Positions 53,155 to 61,993 of a DNA stretch of 64,000 nucleotides are shown here, piece after piece. The notes below the pieces were generated by a model. That model was not told the origin of the DNA. It did no database searches and was given only the letters and a program-made list of their open reading frames with translations. The stretch covers positions 79,811 through 143,810 of the forward strand of contig CABZFF010000002.1 of NCBI GenBank assembly GCA_902524945.1, given 5' to 3'. Source of the stretch: an uncultured Pelagibacteraceae bacterium. GTDB taxonomy: Bacteria > Pseudomonadota > Alphaproteobacteria > Pelagibacterales > Pelagibacteraceae. The position numbers and the translations under genes were made by a program. Numbering within the stretch: position 1 is the stretch's first letter; each line of letters starts with the position of its first letter.

Positions 53155-54066
53155 TTACTGGTATTTTGCTTTTTTCAAAGCATCAGCACATATTTTTTGG
53201 GTTAATATTGCTTCATTTATTAAAAGATTTTTTTTATTTTCAATAAATTTTTTTAAACAATCTAAGTATGACTTTCTGTGTCTTACAGAAAAGTCATTAT
53301 ATAACGTCTCTTTGTTAGAAAAATTGTCAGAGTCTAGTGAAAATTTTTCACCTTGAACTTTAATTTTTTCAAAATTTCCAAATCTGCACTTTCTACTAAA
53401 TATTATTTCGACGACTATTCCATTCTTGAGTTTTAGATTGACTACTGCATCTGAGAAATCTCCTTTATTTAAGAAATCCTCAGTACTAATTGATTTTGAA
53501 ATTACAATCATTTTCTCTGGTTTCGAATTACTTAACCAACAAGCTAAATCAAAAAAATGAAATCCTTTATCAAAAAAAAGGCCTCCATTTCTAATTGATA
53601 AATCAACATTATGGTTGGCCGATCTAGATATTATTTCGATATAATTAATTCTTTTTTTGCTAACTTTCTTTTTTAAAGCAACATACTCTTTTGCAAATCT
53701 ACGATTTAAACCAGCACAAAATTTAATTTTATGCTTTTTTATTAAGTTTTTGAGTTTACCAAGTTTATTATTATTATTTGTAATTGGTTTTTCACAATAG
53801 ATCATTTTCTTAAATTTTATCAATCTTTTTATATAAAAATCATGTGTTGTTGTAGGTGATGCAATTACAAATAGTTCTATATCTTTTTTTTTCAATATAC
53901 TATTGAAGTCTTTGGAGGTCTTGCATCTAAATTTTTTAGATAGTCTTTTGCTTAGATTGTAATTTTTATCAAAAATATAATCTAATGAAGTGTTTTTTAT
54001 TTTCATTAAACTTTCGCAATGAATTATACCTACTTTTGATAATCCTATCACACAGGATTTTATCAT
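53155..54066 (-). CDS. Gfo/Idh/MocA family oxidoreductase (inositol 2-dehydrogenase-like)
   Basis: IG...G..H, ASPTTTH, CEKP, GLNRRF, GGLFFDKGFHFFD. Confidence 0.88.
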   Translation of the reverse strand: MIKSCVIGLSKVGIIHCESLMKIKNTSLDYIFDKNYNLSKRLSKKFRCKTSKDFNSILKKKDIELFVIASPTTTHDFYIKRLIKFKKMIYCEKPITNNNNKLGKLKNLIKKHKIKFCAGLNRRFAKEYVALKKKVSKKRINYIEIISRSANHNVDLSIRNGGLFFDKGFHFFDLACWLSNSKPEKMIVISKSISTEDFLNKGDFSDAVVNLKLKNGIVVEIIFSRKCRFGNFEKIKVQGEKFSLDSDNFSNKETLYNDFSVRHRKSYLDCLKKFIENKKNLLINEAILTQKICADALKKAKYQ

Positions 54067-55197
54067 TTAAAAAGCTACCCACTTTTTTTTGGATGATGAC
54101 TTTACACATCCATCTATAAATCTTGCTGTAAGTAAACCCTCGTATGCAGTTGGAAAATAAAACCTTTTGTTGCTATTTTTTGAATTAATTTTTATTGCAA
54201 TTTCTCTATACAAATTAGAAAAAGCGCTCAAATATCCCTCAGGATGACCGTATTTTATTCTTGAAAAGTTTTTTGAGAAAGCACTTTCATTGAAACCTCT
54301 TTCTAAAACTTTTGTAGCTCCATTAGCAGCATTATATTTCAAATAGTTGGGATCATTCTGCACCCATTCTAAACTTCCCTTTGAACCAAATACTCTTATT
54401 CGTAATCCATAAACACCACCCTTAGCAGTGGTTGATGCCCAAAATAAACCCTTCGCTCCATTCTCATAATTTATGAAAACTTGAGCATTTGTATCAAATC
54501 TAATTTTTTTTGAATATTGTTTGATATCTGCAAATAATCTTTTTCCTTTAAGACCAGTAATGTAATTACATAAATGATATGCATGAGATCCTATTTCATT
54601 TAGCACAGTAGAAACTCCGGCTATTTTTTTATCTAACTTCCATTTAAATATCTTTTTTGCAGAATCAGGAGTAACTTTTTTACCATTAGACCAGTCCTGG
54701 ACATATTCGACATTAATATACTCAATATTTCCAAGTTTCTTATCTTCCACCAATTTTTTAGCATGCCTTACCATTGGGTAGGCTGAATAATTATGTGTAA
54801 GTCCGTAAACAATTTTTTTATTATTCTTAATTGTCTTATAAAGTTTTTTAGCTTGAGTTAGAGAACCTGCAAAAGGTTTATCGGAAATTACATGAATGTT
54901 ATTTTTAATAAATAATTCTGCTATCTCTTGGTGACTTCCAGGAGGTGTCATAATTGCCACCACATCAATACCATTTTTAATTTTTTTTTCAAAATAGCAA
55001 AGATCTTTATAATTTTTGTAACATCTATTTTTTTTTATACCTATACTTGTCCCAAAAGATTGATTAATTCTAAAATTTCTTGAAAAAACGCCTGCTACGA
55101 TCTCATATTTATCATCAAATCTTGAGGCAATTCTATGTACATGACCAATCCAAGATCCAGGACCACCACCAATGATACCAAGTTTAAGTCTTTTCAT
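54067..55197 (-). CDS. Gfo/Idh/MocA family oxidoreductase
   Basis: GIIGGG.GSWIG.VH, TP...H, HVISDKP, HNYSAYPMVR, YVQDW, GHPEGY. Confidence 0.9.
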   Translation of the reverse strand: MKRLKLGIIGGGPGSWIGHVHRIASRFDDKYEIVAGVFSRNFRINQSFGTSIGIKKNRCYKNYKDLCYFEKKIKNGIDVVAIMTPPGSHQEIAELFIKNNIHVISDKPFAGSLTQAKKLYKTIKNNKKIVYGLTHNYSAYPMVRHAKKLVEDKKLGNIEYINVEYVQDWSNGKKVTPDSAKKIFKWKLDKKIAGVSTVLNEIGSHAYHLCNYITGLKGKRLFADIKQYSKKIRFDTNAQVFINYENGAKGLFWASTTAKGGVYGLRIRVFGSKGSLEWVQNDPNYLKYNAANGATKVLERGFNESAFSKNFSRIKYGHPEGYLSAFSNLYREIAIKINSKNSNKRFYFPTAYEGLLTARFIDGCVKSSSKKKWVAF

Positions 55198-56642
55198 TAG
55201 TTTACTCTTATTTTTTTTCCAGTTTTAGTACTTCTTAGTATGGCATCAAATATTTTAAGCGATTGCAAGCCATCATTTCCACTTACTTTTGGTTTAGCTT
55301 TTCCAGACACAACATCGCATAAGTGATCAATTTGATTTATTAAAGTAAATCTGCTCAAACGAATATTAAGATCCTTATGATAGATTGGTTTCCACCAACT
55401 TCTCTCACCTCTATTATACCAATGTTTTAAATTAGGAAATTGTATCGAGCCTTTCGTCCCCCCAATAAAATATGCTGATTGATTTGTTATAGGGTATGCA
55501 GGATTTTCTCCAGCTGTAAGCTCATAACTGTAAGGAGCTACAATTGTATCAGAAACACTTAATGTACATAAAGTGCCTGATCTAAAAATAAAATTAACTA
55601 TTGCGGTATCTTCAACTTCATATTTTCTAATTTTATTTGAGGTTGTTGCTTGAACATGTGTTATGGGACCTAGCAAGTAACAAATAAGATCAATATCATG
55701 TACTAGATTAATACCTAGAGGACCTCCTCCTTTTTTAATACGCCATTTTTCTTTGTACCAATCTTTATTTTTGTATAACCAGCACATAACATTAGCAGCA
55801 ACAATTTTTCCAAGATTTCCGCTATCAATTTGTTTCTTTACTTTAGTTACGATACTGTTGTGCCTTCTATGATAGCCAATAAGTAGATGAGTTTTATTTT
55901 TTTTTGAGCTTTGAATAATTTTTTTTGCTTTTGAAATATTATCAGAAATTGGTTTTTCTAATAAAACAGGTATTTTTGAATTTAAAAAACTTATCGTATG
56001 TTTTTCATGAAATTGATTGGGTGTAGCTACAATTACAGCATCTGGTTTATTGTTATTAAGTAATTCAGTCGACGATCTGTAGAATGGAACTTTAAATTTT
56101 TTAGCATGTGCTATAGAATTTTTATTCACATCTACAATTGAATGGAGTTTTGCTTTTTTTGAAACCCTTAAAGCTTTTAAATGTTGACTTCCCATCAATC
56201 CAATCCCAACAACTGCAATCTTTATTTTGTTTTTCACTTTAAATTTGAAATTGAATTTATAGTTATTTTGCCGATAGCCGCTTTTTATGACTTTAAGGTA
56301 GTATTTTGCAGGCTTTAAAATAGGAGTTTTTCTTTTCATGAAGTAATACATTACATTTTTATTTTTTTTATTAAAAAATTTTTTTATATATAACTTAGGA
56401 TAGTCTTCGTATCTATCTAATTTTTTCTCAGTTGTTTTATCTATTTCATAGATAATACCTTTCACACTTGAACCCTTTTTTCTTTGTATATCTGGTACCC
56501 TATATTTTGATCTAAAGACTAATTCAAAATTTTTTAAAATATGCTTGCTTAGATATTTAGCGTTTTTATATTTTTTTAAAAAAATTTTTTTATTAAGATT
56601 TGTACCATAAGCAAAGTACAAACGTTTCTTAGTATTTATCAT
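55197..56642 (-). CDS. Fusion of a gamma-glutamylcyclotransferase-like domain and a Gfo/Idh/MocA oxidoreductase
   Basis: N-terminal LYFAYGTNL...V.GIIY...LDRYE.YP..Y (GGCT/AIG2 fold), then IAVVGIGLMG, ATPN..H, EKP, GYHRRH, GGG...INLVHDID; ATG 56642 overlaps the upstream TAA. Confidence 0.82.
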   Translation of the reverse strand: MINTKKRLYFAYGTNLNKKIFLKKYKNAKYLSKHILKNFELVFRSKYRVPDIQRKKGSSVKGIIYEIDKTTEKKLDRYEDYPKLYIKKFFNKKNKNVMYYFMKRKTPILKPAKYYLKVIKSGYRQNNYKFNFKFKVKNKIKIAVVGIGLMGSQHLKALRVSKKAKLHSIVDVNKNSIAHAKKFKVPFYRSSTELLNNNKPDAVIVATPNQFHEKHTISFLNSKIPVLLEKPISDNISKAKKIIQSSKKNKTHLLIGYHRRHNSIVTKVKKQIDSGNLGKIVAANVMCWLYKNKDWYKEKWRIKKGGGPLGINLVHDIDLICYLLGPITHVQATTSNKIRKYEVEDTAIVNFIFRSGTLCTLSVSDTIVAPYSYELTAGENPAYPITNQSAYFIGGTKGSIQFPNLKHWYNRGERSWWKPIYHKDLNIRLSRFTLINQIDHLCDVVSGKAKPKVSGNDGLQSLKIFDAILRSTKTGKKIRVN

Positions 56643-57292
56643 TAAAAAATTTTGTTTGAGATTTGAACTTGGTCTGGATGAATACAAGCTTTACCACCAA
56701 AACCTAATTTTTTTACAAAATTACATGATTTTTCAAATCCATTTAAATCTTTAAAGTTTAAAAAAGAAGTATCTATTGGACTCTTAATATTTTTGGATTT
56801 ATTTACTATATTTTTTCTAAATTCTAATATTTCTTTTTCATCTTCTGAAATCTTAAGATTTATAGATTTAGCTAAATCATGAGAGCCAAAAGATATAATT
56901 TGAATTCTTTCCGAAAAAGAGCAAATTTCCTCAAGATTAGCTAGACCGTTTATACTTTCCAAAATTGGGATTATATCAGTTTTCAATTTCTCAGTTTTTT
57001 TTAATAATATATCTATCTCAATTAATTGTTTTTTTGTTTCTGTAAATGGAAGAAATATTCCAGGGAATTTTTCTGATGTAACAAATTCTAAATCTGAATT
57101 ATTATTTATCCTTATATATGTTTGATCTTTATTGACATTGCATTCTTTAATTATTTTTTTAGCCTGATCTTTCTGATCTTCAGGAACAGTTGATTCTAAG
57201 TCAAGAACTATTAAATCTGAATTTAATGTATAAGCTTTTTTAATTTTTTTTTCTTCATGTCCCGGAACAAATAAAACAGATCTATATTTCAT
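56642..57292 (-). CDS. CitE/HpcH-HpaI family CoA-ester lyase, C-terminally short
   Basis: RSVLFVPG, LDLE, YIRIN, PILES, FGSHDL, GFGGKACIHPDQV. Confidence 0.85.
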   Translation of the reverse strand: MKYRSVLFVPGHEEKKIKKAYTLNSDLIVLDLESTVPEDQKDQAKKIIKECNVNKDQTYIRINNNSDLEFVTSEKFPGIFLPFTETKKQLIEIDILLKKTEKLKTDIIPILESINGLANLEEICSFSERIQIISFGSHDLAKSINLKISEDEKEILEFRKNIVNKSKNIKSPIDTSFLNFKDLNGFEKSCNFVKKLGFGGKACIHPDQVQISNKIF

Positions 57293-58370
57293 ATTTACTT
57301 AATTTATTGTAATCCAGGTCAATACCTAGACCTGGTCCTGAAGGTAATTTATATTTCCCATTTAATGCTCTTTTGAAATTAGGGTAAAATTCTTGATCGA
57401 TATCTAAATAGAATCTCTCAATATAGGTATCTTTTTCCATTAATGAAGCTAATTGAAGTGTAGCTAAAAAACCTGGTCCAAAATAAGCAGTGTGAGGCAT
57501 TACAGAGACATTATTTTTTTCTGCATGCTGAATAATTTTGAACATTTCATAAATACCACCAACTTTAATTACTGATGGTTGAACAAAAGTAACTGCTTTT
57601 TGTTTGATTATTGATTTAAACTCAAATTCTGTACACGCATTCTCCCCGCAGGCTATGGGTATTCCAAGTTCTTCATTCAATTTTGCAAGAGTTTCATAAT
57701 CTTCCGGCGGGTAAATAGGTTCTTCCAACCAAGTTAGTTTCATACTTTTTAAAAAATCTTTTTTGGATAATGTTTCTTCATAAGTCCAAGGACAATTAGT
57801 ATCTAACATTAAAGGAAGATTACCTGTTCCTTTTCTTCCAGCTTCAATGCAATCATTTTCTATTTCATGAAGTTTTATAGCTTGGTAACCATCATCTAAT
57901 GATCGCTTACATTTTTGCTCTATAATTTTTGGATCTCCATATCTAAAAAGACTTGAATAGGCTTTAAATAGATCTTTATTTTTTTTTCCTAACAATTCAT
58001 GAATTGGCTTATTTTTTTCTTTGCCTAAAGCATCCCATAATGCAATTTCAACACCAGATATTGCAAATATCGTTATCCCGTATCTGCCAAATAAGTGCAA
58101 AGATTTTTGAAGAGTTAAAAGAAGTTCCGGTATATTACTCATATCTTTTCCAACGAGTAAAGGAGCCACCATTTCTTCAATTGCTATTTTTACTGCTTTC
58201 CAACTTGTATAACCAAAGGCTTCACCCCAACCAGTGATACCTTTATCTGTTTCAATTTTTACTAAGTTAAATTCTAAACTTTTCCATTCTTTTCCATGAA
58301 AAATTACCTTTTTTCCTCCATGGCTAAACGGCATACTCAAAGTGATTGCTTTGATTGATTTAATTTTCAT
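57282..58370 (-). CDS. Mandelate racemase/muconate lactonizing (enolase superfamily) enzyme
   Basis: GWGEA, SGVEIALWD, KLH, LDTN, WLEEP, GEN, QPSVIKVGG, PH, PGLG. Confidence 0.92.
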   Translation of the reverse strand: MKIKSIKAITLSMPFSHGGKKVIFHGKEWKSLEFNLVKIETDKGITGWGEAFGYTSWKAVKIAIEEMVAPLLVGKDMSNIPELLLTLQKSLHLFGRYGITIFAISGVEIALWDALGKEKNKPIHELLGKKNKDLFKAYSSLFRYGDPKIIEQKCKRSLDDGYQAIKLHEIENDCIEAGRKGTGNLPLMLDTNCPWTYEETLSKKDFLKSMKLTWLEEPIYPPEDYETLAKLNEELGIPIACGENACTEFEFKSIIKQKAVTFVQPSVIKVGGIYEMFKIIQHAEKNNVSVMPHTAYFGPGFLATLQLASLMEKDTYIERFYLDIDQEFYPNFKRALNGKYKLPSGPGLGIDLDYNKLSKYEI

Positions 58371-59140
58371 TATCTAAATTTTTTGAAATTTGGCTTTCTT
58401 TTTTCTAGAAAGGCCTTTGCGCCTTCAGCCTGTTCTCCAGTTTTAAAATAATCAGGAGCAACTTCCTCGACCATACCTTTTTGGGTAATTTTTAAAATTT
58501 CTTCAAATTGTTTTCTAAAACTGGCCTTTAATATCTTTAAACAAGTTGGTGCAGCTTTTAAAATTTCATCGCCATACTTTTTAACTTCCTCATCTAATTT
58601 ATCTTTCTTCACTACTGAATTTACCAAACCCCAATTCATCATCTCTTTTGCTGAGTATCTTTTGCAAGTCATCCACATTTCTCTTGCACGTTTGTGTCCT
58701 AAAATATTTGCAGAGTGGGCAACTATAGCTCCTCCTGCTGGAGAACCAACTCTGGGGCCATTTTGACCAAATATAGAATTTTCACTTGCAATAGTTAAAT
58801 CACAAAAGTAAGCCATATGATTTCCACCACCAATCGCGTATCCATCCACTTTAGCTATGATTGGTTTGCTACATTTTGTTAAGTGAATGTGAAATTCGTA
58901 TTCATGATCTTGAAATTCTATAGAGCTTTCCCAGTTCATATCTCCACCTGAGCAAAATGCTCTATCTCCAGAACCTGATAAAACAATTACTCCAACTTCT
59001 TTATCTTTTTCTGCAGCGTCGAGAGATGCCTTAAGTTCTTGAAGAGTTACTGGTGTAAAAGCGTTTAATACCTTAGGTCTATTAATAGTGACATGAGCGT
59101 AATCACCTTTAACTTCATATAATATATCTTTAAATTGCAT
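58370..59140 (-). CDS. Crotonase superfamily protein, BadI/MenB-like
   Basis: NRP.VLNAF, AFCSGGD, GYAIGGGN, FGQNGPRVGS, KRAREMW..C.RY, AFLEKRKPNF. Confidence 0.88.
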   Translation of the reverse strand: MQFKDILYEVKGDYAHVTINRPKVLNAFTPVTLQELKASLDAAEKDKEVGVIVLSGSGDRAFCSGGDMNWESSIEFQDHEYEFHIHLTKCSKPIIAKVDGYAIGGGNHMAYFCDLTIASENSIFGQNGPRVGSPAGGAIVAHSANILGHKRAREMWMTCKRYSAKEMMNWGLVNSVVKKDKLDEEVKKYGDEILKAAPTCLKILKASFRKQFEEILKITQKGMVEEVAPDYFKTGEQAEGAKAFLEKRKPNFKKFR

Positions 59141-61043
59141 GAGATCTAATCTCCTCTACAGATTCTGGATTTAATAGCGTTGATAAATCACCTGGATCTT
59201 GGTTTGCTAAACATGATTTTATAACTCTTCTCATAATTTTCATATTTCTTGTTTTAGGCAAATCTTTTACAAAAATTACCTTATCAGGCTTAAATGATTT
59301 CCCTAAATCTTTTATAACTAAATCTTCAAAAAAACTTTCTTTTTGATCATTATTTTCTGCAGGAACTATAGATAAAATTATTTTTGACCCTTTATTTGCG
59401 TCAGGTATTCCAACAGCAGCAACCTCTTTTACTTTTCCACTTTTTACTATTACACTCTCAAGCTCAGAAGGACCTATTCTTTTACCTGATACTTTAATGG
59501 TATCATCAGATCTACCATGTAAATACCAATGACCATCAGCATCTCTACTTGCAAGATCACCATGCACCCAATAATCTTTAATTACGCTCCAATAATTATC
59601 GATGTAACGCTTATCATCATTCCATAAGCTCTTAGTTAATCCGATTGATGATTTTCTCATGACTAATTCGCCCATTTCATTTGTGGAAACTTTTTGTCCA
59701 TCTAAATTTAAGATATCCGCGCTCATTCCAGGAATAGGAGCATTAAAAGATCCAACCTTAAAAGGACGATGTAAACAACAATGTAATATAGAACCAGAAA
59801 CCTCAGTGCCCCCAGCTGAATTCATAATAGGAACTTTTGATTTTCCTATGACTTGAAATAACCATTTCCAAGGTTTTTCTGTCCAAGGTTCTCCTCCCGT
59901 ACAAATCATTCTTAATGAACTTAAATCTAAATCTTTAAAACGTTTTTCATCTTTAATCATTTGTGCTCTGATGAGAGCAGGGGAAAGCTCTGTCCAGGAA
60001 ACCTTATATTTTTCTATTAGTTTCCAAAAACGAACTTCATCAGGAAAATCAGGAACTCCCTCAGCTATTACCATTTGCGCTCCATGTGCAGAAGCTATTG
60101 TTGCAGACTTAGAACCCACCATCCATCCCATATCAGCCATACACAAATGAATATCAGTTTGTTTAAAGTCTGCTAAAACTCCTTCATCAAAAGACATCTT
60201 AGCAACTAAACCAATATGGGTATAAACACATCCTTTCGGTTTTCCAGTTGTACCTGATGTAAAGTGGATAATAGCAGGATCTTCAGCATCAGTTTCCTCT
60301 GTCTTTAAATTATCAGAAACATTTTGAAAATTTTCCCAATTAAAGATTTTCTTTCCTTTCTCTTTTCCCAATAAAAAAATTTTTTCTAAAGAAATGACTT
60401 GATCTAATTCACTTTTGATTTGATCAAACATTCTTATTTCTTTTGCTTTTCTAAATGTTTTTTCAACAGTAAAAATACCTTTAGCTTTTGCTATGTTGAG
60501 TCTTTCAATAACTGCCTTTGGTCCATATCCAGAGAATAAAGGTAGCACTACACACCCAATTTTTAAAATAGCAAAGTAAGCAATGTAAGTTTCTATAAAT
60601 TGAGGCATGTAAAGTGCGATCACATCACCTTTTTTAAAGCCATTTATTTTTAAAGTATTCCCAATTTTTGAGATTTGCTTATCAAATCCTTTATAAGTAA
60701 TTGAGCTTTCTTTCCCGTCTTCTCTTTCGGCAAAAATAAAAGTATCTTTAAAAAATTCCTTATCTTTATGTCGATCTATACAATTTAAAACTATATTAGT
60801 TTTTCCCCCGATACACCACTTTGTCCAAGGAGTCCCTTTTGTTTCATCTGATATTTTTGAGTAAGGTTTATAAAATTTTAAATCTGAAAATTTTATTACA
60901 CTGTCCCATAACCATCCTGGATCAGAAAAACTTTTTTTTTCTAACTCATCATAATTTTTTAATTTACAATGCTGTATAAACTTAGTCAGCTTTGAATTTT
61001 CAATTTGCTCTTTTGATGGTTGCCAAATAATTTCTTTAGACAC
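59130..61043 (-). CDS. AMP-forming acyl-CoA synthetase (acetoacetate/acetate-CoA ligase-like)
   Basis: FTSGTTGKPKG, ADMGWMVG, GGTE, HGD, GRSDDTIKVSGKR, LPKTRNMK. Confidence 0.92.
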   Translation of the reverse strand: MSKEIIWQPSKEQIENSKLTKFIQHCKLKNYDELEKKSFSDPGWLWDSVIKFSDLKFYKPYSKISDETKGTPWTKWCIGGKTNIVLNCIDRHKDKEFFKDTFIFAEREDGKESSITYKGFDKQISKIGNTLKINGFKKGDVIALYMPQFIETYIAYFAILKIGCVVLPLFSGYGPKAVIERLNIAKAKGIFTVEKTFRKAKEIRMFDQIKSELDQVISLEKIFLLGKEKGKKIFNWENFQNVSDNLKTEETDAEDPAIIHFTSGTTGKPKGCVYTHIGLVAKMSFDEGVLADFKQTDIHLCMADMGWMVGSKSATIASAHGAQMVIAEGVPDFPDEVRFWKLIEKYKVSWTELSPALIRAQMIKDEKRFKDLDLSSLRMICTGGEPWTEKPWKWLFQVIGKSKVPIMNSAGGTEVSGSILHCCLHRPFKVGSFNAPIPGMSADILNLDGQKVSTNEMGELVMRKSSIGLTKSLWNDDKRYIDNYWSVIKDYWVHGDLASRDADGHWYLHGRSDDTIKVSGKRIGPSELESVIVKSGKVKEVAAVGIPDANKGSKIILSIVPAENNDQKESFFEDLVIKDLGKSFKPDKVIFVKDLPKTRNMKIMRRVIKSCLANQDPGDLSTLLNPESVEEIRSHAI

Positions 61044-61048
61044 AAGTC

Positions 61049-61993
61049 TTATACGTACATACCCTCTTTAATCTTAATAATATTATACATGAGGTCATTT
61101 AAAGGTGTTTTAATCCCATGTTTTTTTCCAATTTTAGACACAGCTCCACTTATGAAATCAATTTCTGTTTTTCTATGCTTTACAACATCGAATGCCATAG
61201 ATGATTTATTGGTTTGTCTTGAGTCTACTATTCTGTTGAACATTTCTAAACAATCACTTTCACTAACATCAACTCCATCGGCTTTTGCTACTTCTCTAGT
61301 TTCAAGGATTATATCCTTACCTAATTTTCGAGACATAGTCTGATTTTTATTAGAAATGTATAAATCTGTATGATGTAAATCGAATATTGCAGATAACGGA
61401 CCAATTGCTGTTAAAGCAAATAATTTCATCCATTTTCTTCTTTTGATATTTTCTTCTGCAATAGTTTCTAAGCCATGTGCAGTAAAAGTTTCAGCTAAAT
61501 CTTTTACCCTTTCACTTGAACCACCTTCGTATTCACCAATCCATGATGGCAAACTTGCGTGGTTTTGAATTATTCCAGGACCTTGAATACTAGAAGCTTG
61601 TGTTGTAGAACCACCTAAAACTTTTTCTTTACCAGCTATTTTTTGCATGATTTCTTCATGCCCAATACCATTTTGAAATGACATTAACACTGTATTATCT
61701 CCGATAATATTTTTTGAATTGGATAAAGCTTGCTCTAAAGCTGTAGCTTTACACATAATAATTATTGCATCGACTGGCTTTAAAGTTTTTGGATCAGTTG
61801 TAGCATGGATTTTTACTATTCTATCTCCGCCATGACCCATCATTTTTAAACCTTTACTATTAATTTCGTCTACATGTTCTTTCCAAACATCAATAAGATG
61901 AACCTCTAAACCTTTTTCAGCTAACAACCCACCGAAAAGACAGCCCATAGCACCAGCACCTAATACTGCAACTTTTGTATCTTTCTTTATCAT
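61049..61993 (-). CDS. Ketopantoate reductase (PanE/ApbA) family protein
   Basis: VLGAGAMG, CKA, FQNGIG, W.KL, SSMAFD, TEIDFISG. Confidence 0.88.
   Translation of the reverse strand: MIKKDTKVAVLGAGAMGCLFGGLLAEKGLEVHLIDVWKEHVDEINSKGLKMMGHGGDRIVKIHATTDPKTLKPVDAIIIMCKATALEQALSNSKNIIGDNTVLMSFQNGIGHEEIMQKIAGKEKVLGGSTTQASSIQGPGIIQNHASLPSWIGEYEGGSSERVKDLAETFTAHGLETIAEENIKRRKWMKLFALTAIGPLSAIFDLHHTDLYISNKNQTMSRKLGKDIILETREVAKADGVDVSESDCLEMFNRIVDSRQTNKSSMAFDVVKHRKTEIDFISGAVSKIGKKHGIKTPLNDLMYNIIKIKEGMYV

Noticed and set aside
56643-56687. Extended N-terminus of the GGCT-Gfo ORF
   Set aside because: Overlaps the CitE-like gene by 46 bp; the TAATG-coupled ATG at 56642 is more plausible
58370-59140. Calling the crotonase menB
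   Set aside because: The catalytic Asp motif is altered, no other men genes are present, and the context is catabolic
252-61343. The many short ORF-track entries antisense to or nested in real genes (e.g. 252-491, 3737-3988, 9400-9804, 13738-14067, 41196-41663, 58004-58237, 61020-61343)
   Set aside because: Shadow ORFs on the opposite strand of well-conserved genes, with Phe/Ile/Ser/Leu-rich composition and no recognisable motifs
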